In this document: positions 31,283-42,043 of the stretch, one piece after another
Layout: each line of letters opens with the position of its first letter
Numbering within the stretch: position 1 is the stretch's first letter
Origin: a virus
Taxonomy: Duplodnaviria > Heunggongvirae > Uroviricota > Caudoviricetes
Direction: 5' to 3' (one strand)
DNA length: 64,000 nucleotides
IMG/VR virus record: IMGVR_UViG_3300013902_000267
Notes under the pieces: model-generated
Told to the model about the DNA's origin: nothing
Databases searched by the model: none
Seen by the model: only the letters and a program-made list of their open reading frames with translations
Program-made: the position numbers and the translations under genes

Positions 31283-31477
31283 TTACTTTGCAAACTTTAA
31301 TTTCATAATAAGTTCATCCACTAATTCACCTGGAACATCATTCACTTTAATATATTGATTATCAAACTCAGACCATACACATGTGCATTCAGTCCACTTC
31401 AATACATCAATTAACTTTTGAACCATATCCTTTGAAAGTGATACTTGATTATTATTTCCTTTAAGTGTAAAATCCAT
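31283..31477 (-). CDS. Hypothetical small protein
   Basis: 64-aa ORF. Confidence 0.3.
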   Translation of the reverse strand: MDFTLKGNNNQVSLSKDMVQKLIDVLKWTECTCVWSEFDNQYIKVNDVPGELVDELIMKLKFAK

Positions 31478-31598
31478 TATCGTTTTAATTTAAGTTATTA
31501 ATATACATATATTACTTTAAAAATATTGATTTGTTTACTCATATAAAATAAAAAATCTCTAATAATCTTTCAAAATTATTAGAGATAAAAATATAAAA

Positions 31599-32393
31599 TT
31601 ACTTTCCAAGAATTAAATTAGGAATTCCGTGACTACCAACATATGTTTTTGGTAGTTCTCCTGTCCATTTTTCAATTGCCATTTTTTGAATAAGCAAAGG
31701 TGTAAGAGACTGTTCTTTCAACTTATTTGCTTTAGCTTCTGCTTCTGCAAGAACAATCTTTTTCTTTGCTTCTGCTTCTGCCACGCGTATCTCATTGCTG
31801 ACTCGCATTTCATCTTGTATAGCTTTGTTTTTAGCATTAATAGCTTCTTCATAAGATTTCGGATAACCAATACCTGGTGTTAGTTGCTGAAGAATAAAAT
31901 GTTCTTTTGCAAATGATTTTCTAACTCTATCCTCAAATGATTTATCAACTGATTCTCGATTTGATACAATCTGATCTGCTGTATACTTGTTGAATTCAAT
32001 ACGAGCAGCGTCTCTAATATATACATATAATGTATTCTTTACAATATCATCAAGTTGCTTACGATATTTCTTAAATATAATAGGCGATTTCCCATCTTCT
32101 ATTTTTACAAGAACTGCTGGATCAACTGTAAATTTTGTTCCATCTTTACTGTTTACTTCAAATGATGGATAATCTACTGTCTGAATATATGTAGGATATT
32201 CAAATACGTCATTCGTAAATGGACAATACCATTTAACGCCTGTACATAGACTTACTTCACCCACACCCTTATCATCACCATAAAGATTTACATAAATACC
32301 TTCACACCCTGCGTCTATCCTCTCATACCAGCAAGATGTCAAACTCATACATGCTATAATAGCAACAATAAAATTCAATAGAATTTTCTTCAT
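31599..32393 (-). CDS. SPFH/band-7 (stomatin/prohibitin-like) domain lipoprotein
   Basis: Signal peptide plus lipobox 'MSLTSC'. SPFH-like C-terminus with 'RVAEAEAKKKIVLAEAEAK'. Confidence 0.5.
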   Translation of the reverse strand: MKKILLNFIVAIIACMSLTSCWYERIDAGCEGIYVNLYGDDKGVGEVSLCTGVKWYCPFTNDVFEYPTYIQTVDYPSFEVNSKDGTKFTVDPAVLVKIEDGKSPIIFKKYRKQLDDIVKNTLYVYIRDAARIEFNKYTADQIVSNRESVDKSFEDRVRKSFAKEHFILQQLTPGIGYPKSYEEAINAKNKAIQDEMRVSNEIRVAEAEAKKKIVLAEAEAKANKLKEQSLTPLLIQKMAIEKWTGELPKTYVGSHGIPNLILGK

Positions 32394-32418
32394 ATAAAAT
32401 TATATTTTAAATAGTTAA

Positions 32419-32670
32419 TTAATGTTGTATATTCTTATTCATTTCTTTTTGTCTCTTCATATATCTAATATAAAAATCATTATAATATCGCAATACAATA
32501 ATACAGCAATATATAGTAAATAATATAACAAATAACGCTACAATATTTAAAATCGTAGATGTTACAGAAAGTAATGTAGGTATTGCATATCCAAACATTA
32601 CAACCAGCAGAATAATAAATCCTGATGTTACTGTATAAATTCCTAATTTTCTAAGTGGATTATGATACAT
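32419..32670 (-). CDS. Small two-TM membrane protein (holin-like candidate)
   Basis: Two hydrophobic segments followed by a basic C-terminus. Confidence 0.3.
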   Translation of the reverse strand: MYHNPLRKLGIYTVTSGFIILLVVMFGYAIPTLLSVTSTILNIVALFVILFTIYCCIIVLRYYNDFYIRYMKRQKEMNKNIQH

Positions 32671-32739
32671 AGTTTTAATTTTTATAATTATAATTTTATA
32701 TAATTATTTATTACATTTGTCTACTTTTAATATAAAGAA

Positions 32740-32769
32740 AAGAGAATAACAAGTTAATGTTATTCTCTT
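32740..32769 (-). terminator. Rho-independent terminator downstream of htpG (AAGAGAATAACA / TGTTATTCTCTT)
   Basis: Perfect 12-bp stem with a U-run on the minus strand. Confidence 0.65.
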
Positions 32770-32779
32770 CAATATAAAA

Positions 32780-34816
32780 TTACTTTTCAATCATCTTAAT
32801 AGATCTCTTAACGAATTTCGCTAAATCTTCACCTTGAAGCAAACCATACTGCAACAATGCAATATCAATCAACTCGTGAATATGATTATCTGTATGTGCA
32901 TGATTATTGATGATTTCTTTCTTCTTCTCTAGGACTTTATCAAGTTCTTCCTTAATAGGTTTCTTTGCATCATCATTTTCTGCGTTTTCAAGGCGTGAAT
33001 TAATGTCTTTAACTTGTTCATTAATTTCATTAATTGCAGGTCCAATTTCTTTTTCTGCAATCTTAATAATTTTCTTAACAACCTTTGAATCTGCATTAAT
33101 TACAAATTTAATATTTGCATTATCCTCAAGATACATACCAGCATTATTAAGCATAGACATTTCTTTCATACGACGGAAGAACTCATCTGCGATAATAGTA
33201 ATAGGCAAAGCATCCTTGCCATCTTGCTTAACCTGGAATTGATGTGTAATCTTAGGAAGATTCAAATCAATACAATCAAACAAAGAAATAAGCATACTAA
33301 TAATATTATCAGAAATTGGTTTAACTTTCTTTGTATCATCTTCTTTCTGAATAAGTTCCTCTGGTACTGCAGAGTCAATTCTCTTAAATGTTACATTCTT
33401 ATCCTGAAGTTTCATCTCGAATGTATGAACTTCAAATGCACCATATTGACTATTAAACAACAAGATGTTATATCCATATTCCTTCAATGCTTCAATATAT
33501 GTATATTGTGTAGCAGTATCATATGTATAAAGATATACAATCTTTCCATTCTTATCTTTCTGTGTCTCTAATACCTTATCATAATATTCATCAAAAGTAT
33601 ACATCTTATTATCTGTATCAACAAGAAGAATAATATCCTTTGCCTTGTCAAAAATATTAGGCTCCGTTACAACACCAAGGTTAATAAATGTTTTAATCGT
33701 CTCCCATTTCTTTTCATATGTTTCACGATCTTTCTTCATAAGAGTTCTCAATGAACTCATTACCTTATTTGTAATATGTGAACTAATCTTCTTAACATTC
33801 GCATCATTCTGAAGAACTGATCTTGAAACATTCAAAGGAATATCAGGGGAATCAATCACACCATGAAGAAGACTCAAATAATCTGGCAATACACCATCAA
33901 CATCATCTGTAACGAATACGCGGTTACAATACAAATTCAAATGTCTACGTTCAAAAATAGGATGTTTTTGATCGAATGCTGGGAAATAAAGAATACCCTT
34001 AAATGTAAATGGTGTATCAATATTAATATGAATCCAGAAAAGAGGGTCAGGTCTACCAGGAAATGTATCCTTATAAAACTTAATATAATCTTCATCTTTA
34101 AGTTCTGATGCAGACTTCAACCACAATGGTTCATCTCTTGTAATCAAATTTTCTGTAGGCTCTGGATATGTAACTTCACCTGTAGACGCATCTGTTGTAG
34201 GTGCAGGAATATCTTTAAGATAAATCTTTACAGGAAGATATTCAGCATATTTCTTAAGAAGTTCAGAAAGTTTTGAATTATTTACATATTCCTTATACTC
34301 ATCAGAAATATGCATAATTACATCTGTACCAACAGTTTCTTTATCATCATCTACAAGAGTAAATTCTGTTGTTCCTTCACAAGTCCAACGACATGCTGTT
34401 GAACCTTCCTTATAACTCTTTGTGACAATCTCAACCTTTGAACTCACCATGAAACTTGAATAGAATCCAAGTCCAAAATGTCCAATAATCTGAGTATCTT
34501 TATATTTCTCAAGAAAATCATTAGCACCCGAAAATGCAATCTGATTAATATACTTCTCTACTTCATCAGCAGTCATACCGATACCCATATCAGATACAGT
34601 AATAGTATTATCTTCATGATTAATAGATACTGTAACTTTCAAATCATCGGGATTTGCATTATACTCATTTGCGCTAATAACCTTAACAAGTTTCTCTGTT
34701 GCATCAACTGCATTACTAACAATCTCACGGATAAAAATATCCTGATCGTTGTACATGAACTTTTTTATCAATGGAAAAATATCCTAACTAGTAACTCCAA
34801 TATTACCTTTTTGCAT
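32780..34816 (-). CDS. htpG: Hsp90-family molecular chaperone HtpG, with a TAG codon at position 11
   Basis: 'IFIREIVSNAVDA' HATPase signature. Reading through TAG (plus 34784-34786) restores a Bacteroides-type N-terminus 'MQKGNIGVTS-Q-DIFPLIKKFMYND' (matched from memory). The track ORF 32780..34771 starts at an internal Met. Confidence 0.8.
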
Positions 34817-34894
34817 ATTTAATTATCAATAAAATTTTTATTTAATTATTATACTCTAATATAAGTTAATTGTTTGAATTATTTTAAAATAAAA

Positions 34895-34923
34895 AAGGGT
34901 ATAACCTTTAGAGTTATACCCTT
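34895..34923 (-). terminator. Terminator hairpin (AAGGGTATAAC / GTTATACCCTT)
   Basis: 11-bp perfect stem with a U-rich flank on the minus strand. Separates htpG from the upstream 565-nt ORF-free region. Confidence 0.55.
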
Positions 34924-34929
34924 TAAAAA

Positions 34930-35495
34930 TTAATAGTATGTTTTTAATAATTATTCAAAATCTAAAAGTCCAATAAAATCTCCGCTTTAAATTAACCTCC
35001 AATAACACAGGGACATTCATTACTCATTAATCATCCAATTAATCTATAATACTATTTTCATCTCATTTTCAACTCCTAAACTTATATCAAACTTTTATTT
35101 TAAAATAAAAATCTTTATAAAAATTATCATCTCATTTTCAATTCCAATATATTACTTCATAATCTTCAAATTAACTTTCTTGGGTATAATACTACTGTAC
35201 TATTAAAATAAAGTTTCAATAATACCTTCCTAATAAACTGAAATAACTAATAAATAGTATCTAATTTATGTTTTTACTTGATTTATGGGATTATCAGAAA
35301 TATGTATATTGTTTATTCTTAAATATATTTAATCGTTCATATTCTATTATATATTACTACAACTATACATATATTCATATCATATTTCTAATTATAAATA
35401 TCTATTGATACTTATCTGATAAAGGAAATGGTCATAAAATCATAATGGTTTAGCCTATAGATTCAGTTATACTATTATTTTTTATATTATATCTT
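34930..35495. other. ORF-free AT-rich region (about 565 nt) with two direct repeats TCATCTCATTTTCAA(C/T)TCC (35058-35077 and 35127-35145)
   Basis: No ORF of useful length in any frame, even allowing TAG as sense. Direct repeats 69 nt apart. Candidate ncRNA, 3' UTR or replication-origin-like region. Confidence 0.35.
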
Positions 35496-35921
35496 TTACT
35501 TATTAGTACTATCCTCTTTATTATTTTGAGCAATATCTTCATTCATCATTCGATAAATACGCTCAGGTGATTCATTGAATGTTGCAGACTCAATTGTCTC
35601 ATTATTAAAGTAAATAGTTGATACATACTTTCCAGATTCCTCTGTTTGAGAAATAACAGAAATAATATCTGTATTTACAATCATTACAGAATTATCGTCA
35701 TTCGAATGAAGCTTCAAAAAATCTGTATTACCAAAATCAATAATATTTTGATAAATTTTCTCGGGTGTTTCATTCACTGTAATACTATCAATATTATCAT
35801 CATCAAAATATACAGTTGTTACTTTATCTTCTGTACATACAATACTAATCTTATTAATACGTATAATAATAACACTGTTATCTTCCTTTGAATGAAGTTT
35901 CAAAAACTTATTTGTTGACAT
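35496..35921 (-). CDS. Hypothetical protein with an internal tandem duplication (two about 60-aa repeats)
   Basis: 'FLKLHSKEDNSVIIIRINKISIV' and 'FLKLHSNDDNSVMIVNTDIISVI' repeat. Confidence 0.4.
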   Translation of the reverse strand: MSTNKFLKLHSKEDNSVIIIRINKISIVCTEDKVTTVYFDDDNIDSITVNETPEKIYQNIIDFGNTDFLKLHSNDDNSVMIVNTDIISVISQTEESGKYVSTIYFNNETIESATFNESPERIYRMMNEDIAQNNKEDSTNK

Positions 35922-36016
35922 ATTTGTTATTTAGTTTATATTACTTTATTAAATTCAAATTACAATAATCATATAATGTAAATTAGATAAAGTCTATAAT
36001 TTATTTAAAATATTTT

Positions 36017-36421
36017 TTACTTACAAGGAATCCAATTAAACTCCATAGAAAATACTTGCAATCCTGGTTCATACTTAATATGATACATTTTGCAATCATT
36101 TCTATTTAATGTAAATATAGTTCCTTGTGGTCCTTCTACTTGCTTAAGAATTAATACATTAAGAAGTTGACTTTTTGATGTATAAATAAACTTCTTACAT
36201 ATATATTTCTTAACTATTTCTCTTGATCCACAAACTGACTTTTGCCTAAGCATATACTTTTGTCCAATAACAAACTTTTTGTTAACAAGAGCTTTTGCAT
36301 TATTCTTTGCCTCTTGTTTTGATAATTCAACAATAGGTTCAATTAATGCGTCTTGCTCTTGTTCTTGCTTAGTCTTTAGTTCAGATTTTTTTGGACTCGC
36401 TTCCATCAAAAAAAATCCCAT
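36017..36421 (-). CDS. Hypothetical protein
   Basis: 134-aa ORF. Confidence 0.4.
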   Translation of the reverse strand: MGFFLMEASPKKSELKTKQEQEQDALIEPIVELSKQEAKNNAKALVNKKFVIGQKYMLRQKSVCGSREIVKKYICKKFIYTSKSQLLNVLILKQVEGPQGTIFTLNRNDCKMYHIKYEPGLQVFSMEFNWIPCK

Positions 36422-36438
36422 AACTATATATACTAAAA

Positions 36439-37560
36439 TTACTTTTTATCTGTATCTGTCAATGATACTTCAAGTTGACGTGCAAATTCACGCAAATGAT
36501 GCTCATATTCTTTTCGCTCCTCTGCACCACGTTCATGAATATTCTTAACTTCCTGAATAGTCTGAATAAGTTCCTGAGTTGTGTCCTTAAGTGTATCAAG
36601 TTTAATAACCGATTCCTCACTTGCCTTTGCAACATTAACAGAATTCATATGCAATGCCTTTGCATTTTCACGAAGGATCTTATTCGTTGTATCAGTAATT
36701 CTTTGTTGTGCCTCAATAGAATTTTTCTGATTATTCATAATGATACTAATAGAAATCTGATTCTTCCACAACGGTAAAACATTATTTACAATATTATCAG
36801 ACTTATCTGCAATTGCAATATTATTTTGCTGAGTTGCTCTAATCTGAAGAAGATTCTGCGTCAATACATATTCAGTTGTCTCCATATCAACAACCTTCTT
36901 CTGGATCTGATTCAAGAAATTCTGAGTATCATTAATCTCATACATTTCATAATCATTTGCATGTGCCTTCATATTTTCAAGTTCATCCTTTACTGCTTGC
37001 TCACGAATTTTAGCAGCCAAAATCAACTCTCGTATTTGCTCAATATATGATACATTAGCATCAAAAATAACATTAAGTGTTGAGTTATCTCTCAATGCAA
37101 CAGTACGTGCTTGGTCAATCTTTTCACCAATCTTAGATACACTATCCTTAATAGTATCATATTTTGTCATAATAGACTCAACAGAAGTCATCATCTTTCC
37201 AATAATAGGGAAATTACGCCAAAACTTCTTCCATCGTGTATTAGTATTAATCTCATCAATATCAATAAGATTAAGTTGTCCAAGAAGTTCATTTGTCAAC
37301 TGAACAACAACAGATGAATTATCGCCACGAACAGAATTCAAAAGGTTATCACCATTTCGAGAAATAACAGAGCTAAGTTCCTTACCATATGATGTAACAG
37401 TTGTCATATCATGTCGATCAAGTTTCTCTGTCTTTTGTAGATACTTTTGCTTTTCATCAGCAGACATAACAGCAATACGCTGATCATAGTTATACTGATT
37501 TTGAGTAAGGGTTTCTACTTGTCCCTTCTCATTAAACATTGCTACTTTTGTATTATCCAT
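36439..37560 (-). CDS. TelA/KlaA-like (toxic-anion-resistance family) coiled-coil protein
   Basis: 373 aa. Size and helical, Q-rich composition resemble the TelA family. No sharp motif, so a tentative call. Confidence 0.3.
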   Translation of the reverse strand: MDNTKVAMFNEKGQVETLTQNQYNYDQRIAVMSADEKQKYLQKTEKLDRHDMTTVTSYGKELSSVISRNGDNLLNSVRGDNSSVVVQLTNELLGQLNLIDIDEINTNTRWKKFWRNFPIIGKMMTSVESIMTKYDTIKDSVSKIGEKIDQARTVALRDNSTLNVIFDANVSYIEQIRELILAAKIREQAVKDELENMKAHANDYEMYEINDTQNFLNQIQKKVVDMETTEYVLTQNLLQIRATQQNNIAIADKSDNIVNNVLPLWKNQISISIIMNNQKNSIEAQQRITDTTNKILRENAKALHMNSVNVAKASEESVIKLDTLKDTTQELIQTIQEVKNIHERGAEERKEYEHHLREFARQLEVSLTDTDKK

Positions 37561-37633
37561 TAACTTTAGTAATTTAAAATTATTAATTAAAATTTACATT
37601 AATATATATAATAACTTATTAAAAATGTTTAAT

Positions 37634-38197
37634 TTACCAACCACATTTTTCAGTTATTAACTTTAATTTGTCTTTCTCCTCTTTTTTCAATGCATCAACT
37701 TCTTCTTTTACCATATGTGGATCATCATATATTTGAATTTTAGGTAAAACTTTTTTATTCTTATTACGACCCCACATTTCATTTAGATATTTGCTATATT
37801 TAGACATCGCTTCAAATCTATAATCAGGTGCATATCTATTATTATTTGTTGCAATATAATATAATTCTTCCTTTTTCTTATCAACGAAATCTTCTAATGT
37901 TTTGTTATTACCTATATATCTTTCCAATAATCTATAATTAAAAGATGTATTTTGAATATTATCCGGAGTAATAGTATTTGCAAGAATTTTTTTACGTTCT
38001 CTATCAATAACAATATATCTAAGTTCACATACGTTAAGTTCTTCGATAAAATTATCACAAACAGACTTATCATCAAATTCTTCTGCTTGTTCATTATCTG
38101 AATTTTGTGGAATACCGTAATTATTGATAGATCTAATCTTATCTATATAAATAACTACATATCTCTTATGCCATAAATATCTTCTATAATTATTCAT
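37634..38197 (-). CDS. Hypothetical protein
   Basis: 187-aa ORF. Confidence 0.4.
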   Translation of the reverse strand: MNNYRRYLWHKRYVVIYIDKIRSINNYGIPQNSDNEQAEEFDDKSVCDNFIEELNVCELRYIVIDRERKKILANTITPDNIQNTSFNYRLLERYIGNNKTLEDFVDKKKEELYYIATNNNRYAPDYRFEAMSKYSKYLNEMWGRNKNKKVLPKIQIYDDPHMVKEEVDALKKEEKDKLKLITEKCGW

Positions 38198-38202
38198 AAT
38201 AA

Positions 38203-38982
38203 TTAAACTTTATCTTGACTAAATATATTATATGAAATATTAAATTCTTTCTCGTTATTTGTTATATTTTTAATAGTACCGAATTCATCTATCATAAATC
38301 CAGCTCTACAATCCAAACATGCATATGTTTCTCTAAATATAGGTGTTTCTTGTTGTTGTGTATGTCCAAATATCTGATAATAAATATCATCTAATTTATT
38401 ATCTTCATATTGTAATTCGCATTCATCAGCCCAAAGTATTGAACCGTATTTAGAATACCCTCCACGTGCATATCCTACATAATCAAAAACTTTTGCTAAC
38501 TTTTGATTATCATGTTTCCGTATAAGTTCATTTAAATATGTAATAGAATCATAAATATTCTTATGTTTTATTTCACCTACATATTCGTTTTTCCATTGAT
38601 TACCAATACATGAATGACTAAATGTTACCATACAATCATTTATCATTCTGTATGTAACTACTTTAAAATATTTTATATTATCAATAAACAATTTACGATA
38701 TTCATCAGCATGCTCATAATCATATCGCGATCTAGATAAAAATTTCTTGCTGATATATTGTATATCATGATTTCCTAATAATAGTGTTACTTTATCAATA
38801 TTTTTAGATTTAAAATCAAGAATTTCTTTGAAATTACTTATAGCATCATCTATAGTTATTCCTTCATATCTATATGGATCCAAATAATCACCTAAGAATA
38901 TAATTTCATCACATTCTTGATTCACACATTCTTTCCAAAATGTACGTCCATGAATATCCGGTATAATTATAATTTTACTCAT
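38203..38982 (-). CDS. Calcineurin-like metallophosphoesterase
   Basis: 'IIIPDIHGRTFW', 'FLGDYLDP', 'LGNHD' motifs. Confidence 0.6.
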   Translation of the reverse strand: MSKIIIIPDIHGRTFWKECVNQECDEIIFLGDYLDPYRYEGITIDDAISNFKEILDFKSKNIDKVTLLLGNHDIQYISKKFLSRSRYDYEHADEYRKLFIDNIKYFKVVTYRMINDCMVTFSHSCIGNQWKNEYVGEIKHKNIYDSITYLNELIRKHDNQKLAKVFDYVGYARGGYSKYGSILWADECELQYEDNKLDDIYYQIFGHTQQQETPIFRETYACLDCRAGFMIDEFGTIKNITNNEKEFNISYNIFSQDKV

Positions 38983-39035
38983 TAAATAAAATACTTTTAT
39001 AAATTATATTCATTAGATGATTATTTGTTTGATAA

Positions 39036-40082
39036 TTATTCAGATACATTATCTTTCATAACTTCATGATATTGTTCCTTTGCATATTCTTGCATATCAG
39101 GAACGTCATCTGTTTCATCAATAATTTCAATATTGAGTATTGTTTCGATAACATCCTCCAATGTTACAATACCTCTAAACGTTCCATATTCATCAGTAAT
39201 TGCAGAAATATGTTCATGATTCTTTACCATATCATTAAATATATCTGATACATCTGTAGTATCAATATAGTTATGAATATCATGGACATAATCAGAAATC
39301 TTAATATCCTCCTTTGTTAAATCCAATTCATTCTTAAGAATATAACCACTACAATAGTTATTCATATTCATACAAGGAATACGAGAGAATGTATCACCAT
39401 TAGAAAGATATTTATATAAATCTGTATCTTTATGAACTGTTATATAATCCGCAATAGTTTCAACAACAGTTGCAGGCGTCATAATATCTTCAGCTTTATA
39501 TTGATTAAGTTTCAATATACGTTGAATAATCATATTCTCTTTCTTATCAATTACTCCCTCTTTTGCACCTTCATCTGTCATTGCAATAATCTCTTCACGT
39601 GAAATAGCAACAGCATTATCATTACTAATAAGACGTGTTACAAAATTAAGAATCTTAACCAGTGGATATGTAATATAAATCATTATATTAATTACACGAG
39701 TAACATACAATGTAATATTTTTCCAATAATTTGCACCTATAGTTTTTGGTAAAATCTCAGCAAACATAAGAATCAATACTGTAAATATTGCTGATATGAT
39801 ACCTATAAATGAAGCGCCATCAATACCTTGTTCAACTGCATATGCTGATGCAGCTGAACCAACAATAGATGCACCTACTGTATTTGCAATAGTATTAATA
39901 ATAAGGATAGCAGACAATGGTTTATCCATATTTTCCTTAAAATTTCTTAATATATCTGCCCCAGATTTTCCTTTAAGTGTAGATACAAAAGACATAGGTG
40001 TAGAAGACAAACATGCTTCACATAACGAGCAAATTGCTGATACCACAATGGCAATCAACATATAAATTATAATTGTTTCCAT
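39036..40082 (-). CDS. CNNM/CorC-family transporter (DUF21 transmembrane domain plus CBS pair)
   Basis: N-terminal multi-TM DUF21-like region. 'IMTP...' CBS-pair region. 348 aa. Confidence 0.5.
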   Translation of the reverse strand: METIIIYMLIAIVVSAICSLCEACLSSTPMSFVSTLKGKSGADILRNFKENMDKPLSAILIINTIANTVGASIVGSAASAYAVEQGIDGASFIGIISAIFTVLILMFAEILPKTIGANYWKNITLYVTRVINIMIYITYPLVKILNFVTRLISNDNAVAISREEIIAMTDEGAKEGVIDKKENMIIQRILKLNQYKAEDIMTPATVVETIADYITVHKDTDLYKYLSNGDTFSRIPCMNMNNYCSGYILKNELDLTKEDIKISDYVHDIHNYIDTTDVSDIFNDMVKNHEHISAITDEYGTFRGIVTLEDVIETILNIEIIDETDDVPDMQEYAKEQYHEVMKDNVSE

Positions 40083-40087
40083 TTAGC

Positions 40088-40396
40088 TTAATCTTTTTTA
40101 TAATAATCATTCAGCCAATCACATTTTTTAAGATAATGGATATATTCACCATTACGGAATGATCCCTCTAAATATTGTGTATCATCCCATGTTTCTTCAT
40201 GTGTATAACCTGTCTGAAGACTATGACATAATACTCTTACATCATTACATTCATCTTCATTGAAATCAGTTAATAATGTAAATACCATATCACCTTCACC
40301 ACCACCATTACGGAATGTATAACCAGTTTTCAGATATTGAGGACGAGACCAGAAATCTGAATGATTCATAGGATAGAATTGTACTTTATTACTCAT
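40088..40396 (-). CDS. Hypothetical protein
   Basis: 102-aa ORF. Confidence 0.35.
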   Translation of the reverse strand: MSNKVQFYPMNHSDFWSRPQYLKTGYTFRNGGGEGDMVFTLLTDFNEDECNDVRVLCHSLQTGYTHEETWDDTQYLEGSFRNGEYIHYLKKCDWLNDYYKKD

Positions 40397-40434
40397 AATT
40401 ATTTTATTTTTAATTGTTTAATATACCATATTAA

Positions 40435-40698
40435 TTAGAATGGCAGTTCAGATTCAATAACACCTGGCTCTCCTAATGGGAGAAAATCCATACATGTATT
40501 AGTATTAAATACACGATCAAATGCATACATTACAGAAAACTTTACAAACTCATCCTTATCAACAATAAGATCTGATGTTTCCTGCTGAATATATGATGCT
40601 TCTGCAACTAATGTATTTAATGTATCATTATCAGTTAATTCTTTATTAAAACGATTCTTATATTCGTTTTTAATCATTTCTATTAATGTTGTATTCAT
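40435..40698 (-). CDS. Hypothetical protein
   Basis: 87-aa ORF preceded by promoter-motif copy 5. Confidence 0.4.
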   Translation of the reverse strand: MNTTLIEMIKNEYKNRFNKELTDNDTLNTLVAEASYIQQETSDLIVDKDEFVKFSVMYAFDRVFNTNTCMDFLPLGEPGVIESELPF

Positions 40699-40721
40699 AT
40701 TTCTTATTTTTTATAATTGAA

Positions 40722-40743
40722 TTATTACATCACAAAGATACAC
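40722..40743 (-). promoter_or_regulatory. Conserved promoter-like motif (variant GTGTATCTTTGTGATGTAATAA), copy 5
   Basis: Same family as 9602..9624. 25 nt upstream of the ATG of 40435..40698. Confidence 0.45.
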
Positions 40744-40810
40744 ATATTTTTTAAAACAAAAAAATGATGATACTATATTTTTCAATATAATACCATCATT
40801 TAATATTTAA

Positions 40811-41974
40811 TTATTGTTCGTCAATATAACTATTTGAATCATCATTATCAATATTTTCAGATTGTTCATCTTCAATATTAGTTATACTCTTTAATATATT
40901 ATCTTTATATTTTTTATTTATACATTTATTTAATATATATGGTTCCATAGTTTCCGATCTACTAAACATAAATCCATTTGATTCATATAAATTTGAATTC
41001 TTTTTACATAAAGCAGATATTCTAGAAAATGCAACACCTGTTATCTTTTCCGCATCTTTTAATTTATTACATTTATATAACAATTTTCCGTTTAAATTAA
41101 ATACATTTACTCCTTTTTGTGTTAATAATATATCTTTATTTTTATAATTTACACAATAATTATATATTTCATTAGTCCATTTTCTAGTTAATGTAGGTAA
41201 CTAATATTTTATTATATAATTTTCATAATAATATTTAAAAATAGTTCTTGCTTTCTTAGATGATATAATATAATAACCAAAATTTTTTGTTTTATCTTCT
41301 ATAAAAATATTTGATGTTTTATCCTATAATATTTCTTCAAATCTTTGTTTTATATATAATAGTGTTTCATATGTTCCTACACAACTTATATATAAACGTT
41401 TACTTTTATGTCTATTTTCATTATATACTCCTATAGAACCATCTCCATCTATTACACCTATAATAAAGCAATCCTTATATATAGTTTCTAATATTGGTGG
41501 TATATATACATTCGTTTTCTATTTAGTAATATTAAAATTTTTATATAAATCATTCACTATCTACTCAGATAAAATATGAAAACTTACATTTTTAAATTTT
41601 TTATTATTTAAAATATTATAACCATAATATAATTTATATGTTGATGATATATTATATTTCAACTATTTTAAAAAATTCTCATCTTTTATTGATAATTTTA
41701 TATTCAAATTTTTATTTGTTTTATCTATAGAACCATCGGCAGCTATAAACCCTGCATAGTAAGAATTTATCGGATTTATTAATGAAAAATAATTATCATT
41801 AACATTATAAATACGTTCTCCTTTAATATTTTTCTTTAGTTGTAAATTATATACCTTTTTCCAATATGTTAAATTCTTACAAATTTTACCGGTAATTTCT
41901 TTTGATGCAACCTATTCTGAAATATTTTTATTATTTGCATAATCTATAATTTCCTATAATATATTTTTATCCAT
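40811..41974 (-). CDS. LAGLIDADG homing endonuclease (double-motif); TAG-recoded (7 TAG)
   Basis: 'YYAGFIAADGSI' and 'FIIGVIDGDGSIGV' LAGLIDADG motifs. 388-codon frame from ATG (rc 41972-41974) to TAA. Contains the track fragment 40811..41083. Confidence 0.7.
40860..40886. repeat. 27-nt repeat GATTGTTCATCTTCAATATTAGTTATA (copy A, 3' end of the LAGLIDADG gene)
   Basis: Identical to 42066..42092 at the 3' end of the Rnl2-like ligase gene. Encodes '...ITNIEDEQS' in both. Confidence 0.8.
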
Positions 41975-42008
41975 TTATTAAAAAATATTTTATATATTTA
42001 TATAAAAT

Positions 42009-42038
42009 ATGGAAGCATTTAAACTTAAATGCTTCCAT
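42009..42038 (-). terminator. Hairpin (ATGGAAGCATTTAA / TTAAATGCTTCCAT) downstream of the ligase gene
   Basis: 14-bp inverted repeat between the ligase stop and the LAGLIDADG start. Confidence 0.45.
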
Positions 42039-42043
42039 AAATA

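Noticed and set aside
34930-35495. CRISPR array or tandem-repeat locus in the ORF-free region
   Set aside because: Only two imperfect direct repeats are present. There are no regular repeat-spacer units and no cas genes.
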